A DNA stretch of 64,000 nt from Chloroflexota bacterium. Its GTDB lineage: Bacteria; Chloroflexota; UBA11872; VXOZ01. Shown piece by piece: positions 9,073 through 19,359 of this stretch; position 1 is the first letter of the stretch; each line of letters begins with the position of its first letter. The position numbers and the translations under genes were made by a program. The notes below the pieces were generated by a model. It had not been told where the DNA came from. It made no database searches and saw only the letters and a program-made list of their open reading frames with translations. The stretch lies in assembly GCA_963662335.2 (NCBI GenBank), contig CAXXVD010000002.1:704001-768000 (forward strand), given 5' to 3'.

Positions 9073-9160
9073 CGGCTTCAGCCGCCGCCTTCGGCTCCAG
9101 CCGCCGCCTTCGGCTCCAGCCGCCGCCTTCGGCTCCAGCCGCCGCCTTCGGCTCTAGCCG
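9073..9160. repeat. 19-bp tandem repeat, about 4.5 copies
   Basis: unit CAGCCGCCGCCTTCGGCTC. Confidence 0.9.
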
Positions 9161-9295
9161 ACGCACGCGGGCGCGGTCGGTTAGGCTATAATGACGCCGT
9201 CAGGGATGGCGGCAGCGGCGCGCGCGAGCCGAACCGGCCGTCGCGATCGCATCGATTGGCAGATAGAGATTTACGCCTGAGGGGAACCGGCGACA

Positions 9296-11050
9296 ATGGC
9301 CGTAGCCGAACAGAGCGTCCCACTGAGCGCCGTCGTCGTGCGTGTGTTCAGCCCCGAATTCCTATCCAGTCTCATCGACCGTGTCCTGGCGCATCGCGCC
9401 CGGGCGTCCGGCGGCGTGCGCAAGGGACTGGACGCGGCAATCGACGAGAGCATCGAGTTGCGCGGCTTTAGCAAGCATCCCAGCAAGGCGCAGCCGGCGC
9501 GGCTCAAGGAGCCCCTGGTCGTGCAGGTGATGAAAGGCAACGACAGGCTTACCGGCGAGGTGCTGCGGACGTGGGCGGAATCGCACAAGGAACTGCAGGC
9601 GCGCGTGGAGGGCCACTTGAAGAGCCTGGGCGCGCCGGTGGACGGCCCCAACCGGCGGGACGGCGTCTTCAACGCCATCTGGACGCGGGCGGAGTGGAGT
9701 GAAGCGGTTGGCACGCTCTCCGATGTAGACCCCAGTATCGATTCTGACGACGTCGGCATGATGGTGTGCTACGTGTCCGGCATGGCAGTAGCGCCCGCGG
9801 TGACGTCTCCCTTGCTCTCCTCCTGCCTCGACCGACTGGAGGAACTGCCGGCCAGCGCCCCGGATTGGGAAGAGATCGACGCCTTCGTACGCAGTGTCCG
9901 GGAGTTGGAGAAGGACGTTGCTATCGAACGGGCCGAGTTCTTCGCCGAGAGATTTCACGATACCCTCGACAACATACAGACGAACTTCGCGGACGAATTG
10001 GAGTACTTGGAAGTGGACGTCGGCGCGTGGGCGGGACAGGCCGCCGGTAGCTCGGTCGCCGTCGTCGTCGCGTTGGACGTGGTGGAGGAGTTAAGGCTCA
10101 GCCTCTTGGAATACTGCAACATTCGCCCGCAAGCCGCGACCAAGAAGGAAGAGGAGACGCGGGCCAAGGCGCGGGCGGAGCGCGAGGCAGCCATCTTCGC
10201 GCTCGTCGCCAAGTGGGAACGCACACTTGCAAACGCTGAAGCAAACGGCAATAGCGAAGCCGCCGGGACTGCCGGCCAGAACGATGCGCCGGCAGACGCG
10301 GAGGCTGGCGCAACGAACGGCCAAGACGCCGCGGCCCAGAGCGCGCCGGCGCCGCAAACGCGGGAAGAACAGGAAGAGCACGAGGCCCTGCGCGCCGACC
10401 TGGAGCGGCTGGAAGGCGAGCGCGGGTGGTTCCGGGATGAGATCGACCGGCTGCAAACGGAGCGGGACCGGCTGGCCCAGGCGAACACGGGTCTGGCAGC
10501 GGAGAAAGAGTCGCTGGGCGCCGAGATCGGCGATTTGCGGGCCAAGTTCGCGCAGAGCCGGGACCTGGGCAAGTATTGGCGGCGCTTCTACACGGCGTTC
10601 GCACAGGTGGGCAACGTCGATGAGGCGGTTGCGCGCGCGGAGGAACTCTTCCCCAAGCAACTGCTGTTCGCGCTCAATTCCAAGTCGAACAGAGATATCC
10701 CGTTCCAGAAGCCGGCCGAGGCGCTGGCCGCATTTGTGTGGCTTGCCACGGACTACCATCACGTGCGCTGGGTGAAGCCCGGCGAGGATCCGGGCTTCGA
10801 CGAACGCCTGCGGAAATTCTGTCCCGGCTGGAAGTACCGGCCGCATCAGTCGAACGTTACCAAGCAACAGTTCGCGGATTGGTACACGACCAGGTACGAG
10901 GGCCGGCCCTACGAAATCGGCGAGCACTTGACCAAGGGCAACAGCCGCAACCCGCAGAATACGATCCGGATCGCGTTCGCCTGGGACGACGAACGCAGCC
11001 AGGTAGTCGTGGGCTACGTGGGCCTGCACCAGCGGAACCGCGGCTCCTGA
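9296..11050 (+). CDS. hypothetical coiled-coil protein with putative RelE-like C-terminal domain
   Basis: 584 aa; heptad stretch LRADLERLEGERGWFRDEIDRLQTERDRLAQ; C-terminal HLTKGNSRNPQNTIRIAFAWDDERSQVVVGYVGLH; TATAAT at 9187-9192. Confidence 0.75.
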   Translation: MAVAEQSVPLSAVVVRVFSPEFLSSLIDRVLAHRARASGGVRKGLDAAIDESIELRGFSKHPSKAQPARLKEPLVVQVMKGNDRLTGEVLRTWAESHKELQARVEGHLKSLGAPVDGPNRRDGVFNAIWTRAEWSEAVGTLSDVDPSIDSDDVGMMVCYVSGMAVAPAVTSPLLSSCLDRLEELPASAPDWEEIDAFVRSVRELEKDVAIERAEFFAERFHDTLDNIQTNFADELEYLEVDVGAWAGQAAGSSVAVVVALDVVEELRLSLLEYCNIRPQAATKKEEETRAKARAEREAAIFALVAKWERTLANAEANGNSEAAGTAGQNDAPADAEAGATNGQDAAAQSAPAPQTREEQEEHEALRADLERLEGERGWFRDEIDRLQTERDRLAQANTGLAAEKESLGAEIGDLRAKFAQSRDLGKYWRRFYTAFAQVGNVDEAVARAEELFPKQLLFALNSKSNRDIPFQKPAEALAAFVWLATDYHHVRWVKPGEDPGFDERLRKFCPGWKYRPHQSNVTKQQFADWYTTRYEGRPYEIGEHLTKGNSRNPQNTIRIAFAWDDERSQVVVGYVGLHQRNRGS

Positions 11051-11218
11051 AACGGGTTGCGCGGGCGCGAACGGCGCCGAGCCGGGTCACGCGCAGGCCG
11101 TTCGCGCTACGAGAGATAGAGCGGCGGAGCGCGTCAATCCCGTGACACGGGGCGGGAATGACGGTTAGGTGCTTGACCAGGCGGTTTGTAGCGCGGCCAA
11201 TAGGAGAGAGCGACCCGT

Positions 11219-13174
11219 ATGTCAGCGCAGTCCGGCGGCAGTTCCGCCGTGCCTGAGCCACGAATCTTCGATGATTCCAGCGTTTGGATCCGGGGCATCA
11301 CCCGCGCCTGGCAGATGTTGCCGCCGGTGGACGTGCGCGCCGCCATTACGCCCAGCGTGGTCGAGGCGGGCAGCGGCCACACCTTCGTCTTGACCCTCAC
11401 TGTGGGCCCCGGGCTCACATTGGCCGCGGGCGCGCACGTGACGGTGGAAATCCCGGAGTGCTGGGACTGCCATCTGGGCAACTGCTTTCGCCGCGGCGTG
11501 CGCACGCTGGGCAACCGCGGCCAGGTGCAAGCCGGCTACGGCGCGTACGTGGACGCGGCGTGTTCGAATCCCGACGTGCAACTCGCTTACGCCGCTTCCT
11601 GGGGCCGCCATCTGGATCTTCTCGACATTGTAGTGCAGGCAGGCGCGCTGCAGCCGGGCGACGAGGTCAATGTGACCATGGGCGCGCCGGACGGCAACCT
11701 GTTGCAGGCGCAGAAGTTCGCCCAGACCGCCGTGTTCAGCATTGCCGTGGACGTGGACGGCAGCGGCGCATACCGGCAAATCGCCGCGTTCCCGACCGTG
11801 CAGGTGATTGGCGCGCAGGCGGCGGACCGCTTCCGCGTCTTTGCGCCGGCCGTCGTCCGGCCGGGCGAGACGTTCGACGTGCGGGTGCTGCCGGTGGACA
11901 TCTACAGCTTCAATCCGGCGAGCGGCTACGCGGGCGAGGCGCGGGTCTTTGCATCGGACGGCCTTGCGACCCAAGAGCGCGTGCGCATAGACAGTGCCGC
12001 GCAGCCACATGGTGAAACACTGACCGTTACCGCGTCTGCGACGAAGTCGGCCAAGACGAGCGGCGCACACACCCTCAGCGTCTTCGATCCCCAGGCGGGA
12101 ATATCCGGCAAGAGCAATCCCATCGGCGTCGGCTTTCTGCCGGACCGGGGTATCTACTTTGGCGAGATGCACAGCCAAATGTGGCACAGCATGGGCACCG
12201 GGACCACGGCGGAGTTCTTCACCTGGGGACGTGACGTAGCCGGCCTGGACTTCTGCGCGCCCGCCAATCACTACAACTGGCGTTTCGAGGTCACGGACGA
12301 CATTTGGCAGGACCTCGTGGCCGACTGCAACCGCTTCAACACGCCCGGCCGCTTTGTGACCCTGGTCAGCTACGAGTGGGGCGGCGTGAGCGGCAGCGGG
12401 CACAAGAACATCTACTACCGGGGCGACAGCGGCCCGTTCCACTATTGGTACCGGCGCCAGCACCGCAATCCCGACGCGCTCTGGGAAGACATGGCGGAGC
12501 GCGGCCTAGAGGCGCTCACCGTGCCCCACCATCCCAAGGCGGCCGGCGGCGTGGACTGGCGCTTCCGCAACGACCGCTACCAACGGCTGGTGGAGATTTG
12601 TTCCAAGTGGGACGTTGCGGAAGAGGCCGGGCCGCGCAGCGTGCAGGCGGCGTTGGCAATGGGACACCGCCTGGGCTTCGTGGGCGGCACCGACAGCCAC
12701 TACGGCCTGGCCAATCAGGGCAGTTACCACGTGAACGACGGCAACGGCCTGGCCTGCGTCGTGGCGCCGGCGCTGACGCGCGAGGCCATCTGGCAGGCGC
12801 TCTCCGACCGCCGCTGCTACGCCACCACCGGCGACCGCATCCTACTGGACTTCACCAGCGACGGCCGGCCCATGGGCAGCGACATCACCGCCGACCTAGA
12901 GGGTGTCGGCCCGCGCCGCCTGCGGATGCGCGCGGCGGGCACGGCGCCGATAACGCGCGTGGAAGTCATCCGCAACAATCAGCCGGTCTTCAGCGCCGAC
13001 CCGCATAGCGACGTGTGGGAAGATGAGTGGACCGACACCGCCGACCTGTCCGCCGCCGCCTTCGCGCCCACGTTCCCGGACGACCGCCCGTTCGTCTACT
13101 ACTACCTGCGTGTGTTCCAGGCCAACCGCCAACGCGCCTGGAGCAGCCCGGTCTGGTACACCCAAACGGAGTGA
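11219..13174 (+). CDS. DUF3604/PHP-fold (CehA/McbA-like) metallohydrolase
   Basis: YFGEMHSQ, LVSYEW..GHKNIYY, VPHHP, LGFVGGTDSH, RRCYATTG, YYYLRV.Q....AWSSP. Confidence 0.8.
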   Translation: MSAQSGGSSAVPEPRIFDDSSVWIRGITRAWQMLPPVDVRAAITPSVVEAGSGHTFVLTLTVGPGLTLAAGAHVTVEIPECWDCHLGNCFRRGVRTLGNRGQVQAGYGAYVDAACSNPDVQLAYAASWGRHLDLLDIVVQAGALQPGDEVNVTMGAPDGNLLQAQKFAQTAVFSIAVDVDGSGAYRQIAAFPTVQVIGAQAADRFRVFAPAVVRPGETFDVRVLPVDIYSFNPASGYAGEARVFASDGLATQERVRIDSAAQPHGETLTVTASATKSAKTSGAHTLSVFDPQAGISGKSNPIGVGFLPDRGIYFGEMHSQMWHSMGTGTTAEFFTWGRDVAGLDFCAPANHYNWRFEVTDDIWQDLVADCNRFNTPGRFVTLVSYEWGGVSGSGHKNIYYRGDSGPFHYWYRRQHRNPDALWEDMAERGLEALTVPHHPKAAGGVDWRFRNDRYQRLVEICSKWDVAEEAGPRSVQAALAMGHRLGFVGGTDSHYGLANQGSYHVNDGNGLACVVAPALTREAIWQALSDRRCYATTGDRILLDFTSDGRPMGSDITADLEGVGPRRLRMRAAGTAPITRVEVIRNNQPVFSADPHSDVWEDEWTDTADLSAAAFAPTFPDDRPFVYYYLRVFQANRQRAWSSPVWYTQTE

Positions 13175-13240
13175 GCGCACATGTTGGCTTTGCAGCGAGC
13201 GTTTACTCATTGAACGCGAAGTTACTAGAGGGCACAGTGT

Positions 13241-14122
13241 ATGAGCCGGCGAGCGTTGCGCAAGCAGCTAATCGTGGCCATCGAGGCGGGGGACATGTCC
13301 CGTGTGGCCGAAATCGCCGCAATTGATGCCGGTATCGTCAACGCGGCGAATGCCCACGGCCACGTGCCGTTGGGCGCGGCCATCGGCACGGGCTGCCTGG
13401 AGCGCGTGAAGTTGCTTGTTGCCCTGGGCGCGGATCCGCGCCATGCCTACCACGGGCGGACTCTGCTGGACGCGGCGGCGTATGGCGGCCACGCGGACAT
13501 TCTCCGGTATCTCATTGCAATCGGCCTCCGGCCTACTATCCAACACGCCGCGGCCATTGGCGACATTCCCTTGCTGGAGCGGCTGCTCGGCGCAACGCCG
13601 GCGCTGCGCGAGCCGGCGGCGGCCGGCGGCCGCTGGCGGCTCGCGCCGCTGCACGCGGCGGCAATAGGGGGCAGCCGGGCCGCCGTAGCGTACTTGCTGG
13701 CGCGCGGCGTGCCCGTTGACGCGGAGAACCACAACGGCCACACCGCGTTGGCTCTCTGCGTGGAGCATCCAACGGCGGAAGTCCGCGCGGCCATTGCGCA
13801 ACTGCTGCTTGCCGGCGGCGCGGACGCCAATGCCAAAGGCGGTCATCACAGCGGTACGGTGCTCCACCGGGCAGTCGTAAACGGTGACTCTGACGTGGCG
13901 CGCCTGCTGCTGGAACACGGGGCTGACCCAGACCGCCAAGATTGGTCGGGCAAGACGCCGCTCCACCATGCGGTTGCCAGGAATCGCCACCTGGTTGCGC
14001 TGTTGCTGGCGCACGCGCCGGACCTGGCGTTGCAGTCCCGCGACGGAGAGACGGCCGCGCAGTACGCGCGGCGCTTGCGCAAGCGGGCGAGCGTGCGCTT
14101 GCTGGAAGAGGCGCGCGCCTGA
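13241..14122 (+). CDS. ankyrin repeat protein
   Basis: repeated PLH.AA / GTVLHRAV / GKTPLHHAV and LLL..GAD.N motifs. Confidence 0.92.
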   Translation: MSRRALRKQLIVAIEAGDMSRVAEIAAIDAGIVNAANAHGHVPLGAAIGTGCLERVKLLVALGADPRHAYHGRTLLDAAAYGGHADILRYLIAIGLRPTIQHAAAIGDIPLLERLLGATPALREPAAAGGRWRLAPLHAAAIGGSRAAVAYLLARGVPVDAENHNGHTALALCVEHPTAEVRAAIAQLLLAGGADANAKGGHHSGTVLHRAVVNGDSDVARLLLEHGADPDRQDWSGKTPLHHAVARNRHLVALLLAHAPDLALQSRDGETAAQYARRLRKRASVRLLEEARA

Positions 14123-14301
14123 CCGCGCCGCGAACGAATGCGCGTCCCGCGTGCGGCCGCGGGCGCACACCGGGCGCCGGAGACTCCTTCGAGGCGCGGC
14201 GAGCGCTTTCGCCGCGCGGGGCGGTGTGGTAGAATGCGCGTGGTCGTTCGGACCGTATTCCGCCGCTCGTTGTTCCCGCTGGCATTGGAGTGTAGATTGG
14301 C

Positions 14302-14994
14302 GTGGAGATTACCTGGTACGGCAACGGATGTTTCCGCTTGCGCAGCCAGTCAGGGACGGTAATCACCGACCCATATCCGCCCACCCCCGCGCTCCGCCTC
14401 CCCAAGCTCACCGCCGACATCGTCACCCTGAGCGAAGCCGCGCTGCGGGACGCCGCGCAGCACATCGCCCCGCGCAAAGACCGCGGCCCCATGCTCCTCT
14501 CCGGGCCGGGCGAGTACGAGATCGGCGGCGCCTTCATCTGGGGTGTGCCCATGAACGGCCGCGGCGAGAGTCCCGCGGCCGGTGCGCCGCCCACGGCCCA
14601 GCGGCCGGTCACCGCCTTCGTCTTCGAGATGGATGGGGTGACGATTTGCCACCTGGGACTGCCGGAACAGACGCCCTCCGCGGCGCAGATCGAGGCGCTC
14701 GGCGACGTGGATCTGCTGCTCCTGCCGGTGGGCGGGCCGGGGCGAATTGGCGTACAGGCGGTGTCTGACCTGGCCAGCGAACTGGAGCCGAAGGCGCTAT
14801 TGCCCATGTACTACAGCCTGCCGGACGCTCCCAACGAGCGCTTCCACGGACTGGAGCGGCTGGCCCGCGAACTTGGGCAGAAGGAGTTGCCGCAACCGGA
14901 AGCCACGTTCAATACCCGCCGCCGGGGCGGAATGGGCCAGAACACGTTGGCGGTGCTCGAGTGCCGTGCGCAGACGGGGGCGAAAGCGGGTTAG
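14302..14994 (+). CDS. MBL-fold (lactamase B3-like) protein with degenerate metal ligands
   Basis: ITWYGNGCFRL, ITDPY, GPGEYEIGG, CHLG, DLLLLPVGG, PMYY. Confidence 0.8.
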   Translation: MEITWYGNGCFRLRSQSGTVITDPYPPTPALRLPKLTADIVTLSEAALRDAAQHIAPRKDRGPMLLSGPGEYEIGGAFIWGVPMNGRGESPAAGAPPTAQRPVTAFVFEMDGVTICHLGLPEQTPSAAQIEALGDVDLLLLPVGGPGRIGVQAVSDLASELEPKALLPMYYSLPDAPNERFHGLERLARELGQKELPQPEATFNTRRRGGMGQNTLAVLECRAQTGAKAG

Positions 14995-15019
14995 GCGTTG
15001 GCCGGGAGTGAGTGAATTG

Positions 15020-16756
15020 ATGACGGAAACCAGGCGCGGGCAGAGAAAGCACATCTTCGTTACCGGCGGCGTCGTCTCCTCAGTGGGCAAAGGCGTGGCC
15101 GTGGCCGCCATCGGACGTCTGCTCAAGAGCCGGGGCATTCGCGTCTCCATTCAGAAGCTCGACCCCTACTTCAACGTTGACCCCGGCACCATGAGTCCCT
15201 ACCAGCACGGCGAGGTGTTCGTGACAGAAGACGGCGCGGAGACCGACCTGGACTTGGGCCACTACGAGCGCTTCATCGACGAGCACCTCACGCGCGAGAG
15301 CAACGTGACCGCGGGCCAGGTGTTCGAGCACGTGATCGAGAAGGAGCGGCGCGGCGACTTTCTCGGCGGCACCGTGCAGATGATCCCCCACGTGACGGGC
15401 GAGATTCGCGAACGCATCTTGCGCGTGGGGGAGGCCTCCGACGCCGAGGTGGTGATCGTGGAAGTGGGCGGCACGGTCGGTGACATCGAGAGCCAGCCGT
15501 TCATCGAGAGCATCCGCCAACTGCGGCGTAACCTGGGACGGGAGAACGTGTTCTACATCCACGTCACCCTGCTGCCGCACATCGCTTCCACCGGCGAACT
15601 CAAGACGAAACCCACCCAGCACAGCGTGCAGGAACTGCGGCGGCTGGGCATTCAACCGGACATGATCATCTGCCGCTCCGACGACGAAATGCCGCCGGAA
15701 CTGCGGGAGAAGATCGCGCTCTTCTGCGACGTGGACGAACCGGCGGTGATTCCGCTGGTGACGTTTTCCTCCATCTACGAAGTGCCGTTGTACTTAGAGA
15801 AGATTGGCGTCGGCGCGGTGCTGGCGCAGGCGTTGCGCTTAGCGGAGCGGACGCCGGACCTGGCGGTCTGGGAAGAGATCGTGGCGCACGTAAATGGGGA
15901 AGAGAACCGGCCGTTGCGCGTGGCCGTCGTGGGCAAGTACACCCAGTTGCCGGACGCCTACCTAAGCGTGGTGGAGGCGCTGCGGCACGCCTGCATCGCC
16001 CAGCGGGGGCGCCTGGACCTGAAGTGGGTGAACGCCGAGGACGTGGAAGCCGATGGGCCGGAGGCCCACCTGAACGACGCGCGCGGCATCGTGGTGCCGG
16101 GCGGCTTCGGGCCGCGCGGCATCGAGGGCAAGATTGCGGCGGCGCGCTTCGCGCGCGAAAAGAAGATTCCCTACCTGGGCCTCTGCCTCGGTTTGCAAGT
16201 TGCCGTTATCGAGTTCGCCCGCGCGGTGATGGGCGCGGCGGCCAACAGCACCGAGTTCGATCCGGGGACGCCGCTGCCGGTGATAGACCAGATGGAGAGC
16301 CAGCGCGGCATTACCCAGAAAGGCGGCACCATGCGGCTGGGCGCGTATCCCTGCGCACTGGAACCCGGCACGTTGGCGGCTGAGGCGTACGGCGAATCCC
16401 TGGTGCACGAGCGCCACCGCCACCGCTGGGAGGTGAACGACCGCTACAAAGACGTCTTGGCAGAGCACGGCTTCCGCGTGAGCGGCGTCTGGCCGGAAGG
16501 CGGCCTGGCCGAAATCATGGAGCGCACGGACCACCCGTTCTTCCTGGGCAGCCAGTTCCACCCGGAGTTCAAGTCCCGCCCCAACCGCCCCCACCCGCTC
16601 TTCGCGGCCTTCGTCCAGGCGGCCAAGCGGGTGCACCTGGAAGGCGACCAGGAAGCGCTGCCCATCGGCGCGAGCGATGAGATGCCCGCCCCGCCACCGG
16701 AACTCGACCCAGAGGGCGAGGAGTATCCCGTTCCCAGCGGGCGGTTTCAAGGGTAG
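15020..16756 (+). CDS. pyrG: CTP synthase
   Basis: [54 protein letters not shown]. Confidence 0.98.
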   Translation: MTETRRGQRKHIFVTGGVVSSVGKGVAVAAIGRLLKSRGIRVSIQKLDPYFNVDPGTMSPYQHGEVFVTEDGAETDLDLGHYERFIDEHLTRESNVTAGQVFEHVIEKERRGDFLGGTVQMIPHVTGEIRERILRVGEASDAEVVIVEVGGTVGDIESQPFIESIRQLRRNLGRENVFYIHVTLLPHIASTGELKTKPTQHSVQELRRLGIQPDMIICRSDDEMPPELREKIALFCDVDEPAVIPLVTFSSIYEVPLYLEKIGVGAVLAQALRLAERTPDLAVWEEIVAHVNGEENRPLRVAVVGKYTQLPDAYLSVVEALRHACIAQRGRLDLKWVNAEDVEADGPEAHLNDARGIVVPGGFGPRGIEGKIAAARFAREKKIPYLGLCLGLQVAVIEFARAVMGAAANSTEFDPGTPLPVIDQMESQRGITQKGGTMRLGAYPCALEPGTLAAEAYGESLVHERHRHRWEVNDRYKDVLAEHGFRVSGVWPEGGLAEIMERTDHPFFLGSQFHPEFKSRPNRPHPLFAAFVQAAKRVHLEGDQEALPIGASDEMPAPPPELDPEGEEYPVPSGRFQG

Positions 16757-16782
16757 TCTCAAAAGGCATAGCGAGGCAGGAG

Positions 16783-17808
16783 ATGGATAAACTTGGCGTA
16801 GCCGTTATCGGTCTTGGCGTCGGGCGCAGTCACTTGCGCGCGTATCGGCAGATACCCGGTGTGCGGCCGGTGATCGTGTGTGATACGGATGAGGAGCGCT
16901 TGGCGGAGGCGCGGCAGGAGTGCGACGGAATAGCGACAACGCGCGACGTGGACGCGGCGGTTAGTCGCGACGACGTGCACGTGGTTTCGATCTGCACGCC
17001 GGACCACCTGCATTACGAGCACTGCCTGGCGGCGCTGGCGCACGGCAAGCACATCCTGTGCGAGAAGCCCATGACCGTCAGCGAGCCGCACGCCTGGGAC
17101 CTCGTGCGGCGGGTCGCGGAAGCGGACGTGCGCTTCGGCGTGGGCAACGTGAACCGTTTCGTACCGCAATTTGCGGCGCTCAGCCAGTTTGTGCGGGAGG
17201 GACGGCTGGGCGAACTCTTCTTCGTGGAAAGCGACTATATTCACGACATGCGCAACGTCTACAAGCGCACGCCGTGGCGGGCCGATAGCACGAATCCCCA
17301 GAACGCCTGGTACGGCGGCGGGGTGCATCCCATGGACCTGGTGCGCTGGGTGGCCGGCGACGTGGCGGAGATTACGCTCTACGCCAATAAGTGCGCCAGC
17401 GCGCCGGAATTTCCCCTGCCGGACACCTACATCAGCATCCTGAAGTTTGAGAACGGCTGCCTGGGCAAAGTGTGGGAGACCTCCGCCATCCGCCGCGTGC
17501 CGGGGCACGTGGTGAACTTCAACGCCTACGGCGCGGAAGGCACCATGCTTACCAATACGCTGGAGATGGAAGCGAAACTCTGGCTGAACTGGGGCGTGGC
17601 GGGACAGGCCGATGCCCAGATTTTGCCCTTCCGGCGCACTATCGGCCATCCGGTGTTGGACGAACTCACGCACCTGGTGGATTGCATCCGCAGCGGCGCG
17701 ACGCCGCTGGTAGACGCGCTGGAAGGCGCCAAGACCGTGGCCACCCTGGCCGCGGGCCTGCGCTCGCTGGAGAGCGGCAAGCCGGAGCAAGTGAATTCCG
17801 GGCCGTGA
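16783..17808 (+). CDS. Gfo/Idh/MocA family oxidoreductase
   Basis: VIGLGVG, ICTPDHLH, GKHILCEKP, GVHPMD. Confidence 0.92.
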   Translation: MDKLGVAVIGLGVGRSHLRAYRQIPGVRPVIVCDTDEERLAEARQECDGIATTRDVDAAVSRDDVHVVSICTPDHLHYEHCLAALAHGKHILCEKPMTVSEPHAWDLVRRVAEADVRFGVGNVNRFVPQFAALSQFVREGRLGELFFVESDYIHDMRNVYKRTPWRADSTNPQNAWYGGGVHPMDLVRWVAGDVAEITLYANKCASAPEFPLPDTYISILKFENGCLGKVWETSAIRRVPGHVVNFNAYGAEGTMLTNTLEMEAKLWLNWGVAGQADAQILPFRRTIGHPVLDELTHLVDCIRSGATPLVDALEGAKTVATLAAGLRSLESGKPEQVNSGP

Positions 17809-17836
17809 TTTTGTTTTCGTGAAGGGGCGCAAACAG

Positions 17837-17868
17837 GTGTAGGGGCACGACATGTCGTGCCCCTACAC
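17837..17868. repeat. GTAG-type REP-like perfect palindrome between convergent genes
   Basis: gtgtaggggcacgacatgtcgtgcccctacac; same core at 44751 and 54676, variant near 19234. Confidence 0.85.
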
Positions 17869-17901
17869 AATTGCCCGTTACTAGAGGTGTTGCCCTAACG
17901 G

Positions 17902-19185
17902 CTAGACCAGCGTCTGGGTGGCCACCTTCCACAGCGCCTGTGCCACGTCGGCGCAGTCGGCCTCGGTGTAGTTGGGCGCGATGGCGATGAGCACGGCGCG
18001 GGCCATGATGGCTTCCGTGCGCGGACAGAGGCCGGGGCCGTAGGTTTGGGTGAGCGCGCCCACCGCCGGCCGGTAGTTTTGCAGCGCCTCGCTGGTGTAG
18101 ACCGGCTTGCCGCCGTAGACGTGCCGCGCCGGGATGCCCTCCGCGCGCAGCGCCCGCACGAACGGCCCGGTGTGGGCCGGATCGTCCAGCAGCAGGCCGA
18201 GGGCCACACCGGCCACGCCGTTGGGATCAGGCAAGTGGCGCGGCGTCACGCCGGGCAGTCCTTGGATCTCCGCTTTGATAATGTCGTGGGCGCGCCGCAT
18301 GTGGGCGATGATGCCCGGCAACTTGCGCATCTGCGCCAGCGCCAGCGCCCCGGCCAGTTCGCCCATGCGGTAGACCTCGCCCGGAAAGGCGTCGAGTTGG
18401 GCGGGCGGGTAGACGGTGAGGTCGCCCATGGTGTCGTCCGGCGCGCTCGTTTCGACGGCGTGGCGGCCAAAACGATAATTGCCGTGGTCGTGGTAGCGCA
18501 CGGCGCGCTCGAACATTGCCGGGTCGCTGGTGGTGACGATGCCGCCCTCGCCCGCGGTGATGATCTTGTTCACCTGCAGGCTGAACGCGCCCACGTCGCC
18601 CCACGCGCCGATGGGCTTCTGCTTGTACGCCGTGCCGGCCGATTGCGCGCAATCCTCGAGCACGCCCAGGCCGTGCCGCCGCGCGACGTCCATGATGTCG
18701 TCCATTGCCGCGGCCACGCCGCTGGTGTGCACCGGCATGATGGCGCGGGTGCGGGAGGTGATGCGATTCTCAATGTCGTCGGCAGCGAGCGTGAGGGATT
18801 CGTCAACGTCGGCGAAGACCGGAATCGCGTGGTGCGCCGCGACCGTGCCGGGCGAGGCAATGAAGGTGAGCGCCGGCACGATGACCTCATCGCCGGGCGC
18901 GATGTCCAGCGCCTTCAGACCGACTTTCAGGGCGGCGGTGCCGGAGGTCACGCCCAGCGCGTAGGACGTGCCCATCATGCGCGCCGCTTCGCGCTCCAGG
19001 GCCGCTACTTTGTCCGGCTCGTTGACGCCGTAGAAGCGGAACGGCGCGCGCTTTTCCAGCACTTCGAGGACGAGTTCACGCTCCTCGTCGCCGATGAGCC
19101 GCGCGCCGGGATAGCCGGTCTCCAACGGCGTCTTGCGCACCGGCTCGCCGCCGTCTACTGCCAGGCGCTCGATTGTCGTTGCCAT
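17902..19185 (-). CDS. DegT/DnrJ/EryC1/StrS PLP-dependent aminotransferase
   Basis: TSGTAAL, GDEVIVP, EDCAQS, FSLQVNKIITAGEGG. Confidence 0.92.
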   Translation of the reverse strand: MATTIERLAVDGGEPVRKTPLETGYPGARLIGDEERELVLEVLEKRAPFRFYGVNEPDKVAALEREAARMMGTSYALGVTSGTAALKVGLKALDIAPGDEVIVPALTFIASPGTVAAHHAIPVFADVDESLTLAADDIENRITSRTRAIMPVHTSGVAAAMDDIMDVARRHGLGVLEDCAQSAGTAYKQKPIGAWGDVGAFSLQVNKIITAGEGGIVTTSDPAMFERAVRYHDHGNYRFGRHAVETSAPDDTMGDLTVYPPAQLDAFPGEVYRMGELAGALALAQMRKLPGIIAHMRRAHDIIKAEIQGLPGVTPRHLPDPNGVAGVALGLLLDDPAHTGPFVRALRAEGIPARHVYGGKPVYTSEALQNYRPAVGALTQTYGPGLCPRTEAIMARAVLIAIAPNYTEADCADVAQALWKVATQTLV

Positions 19186-19359
19186 GGTCTGATTCTCCTG
19201 TCCGTCGGTTGCAGGAACCGCTATGTTTTCACCGTAGAGCCACGATATATCGTGCCTCTACACCGCTTTCTGATCCAGCTTCTCCCCTTCCCCACCTGGA
19301 TTCCGGCGGAAGCCGGAGTGACGCACTCGCCTACCGACTAGATTGAGAAAGGGAGAGAC

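Noticed and set aside
14747-15019. N-terminal extensions in the ORF track (pyrG, thiG, purH, pepA, ORFs at 24330 and 41230)
   Set aside because: They overlap neighbouring genes or intergenic DNA; downstream starts fit RBS positions and family N-termini better.
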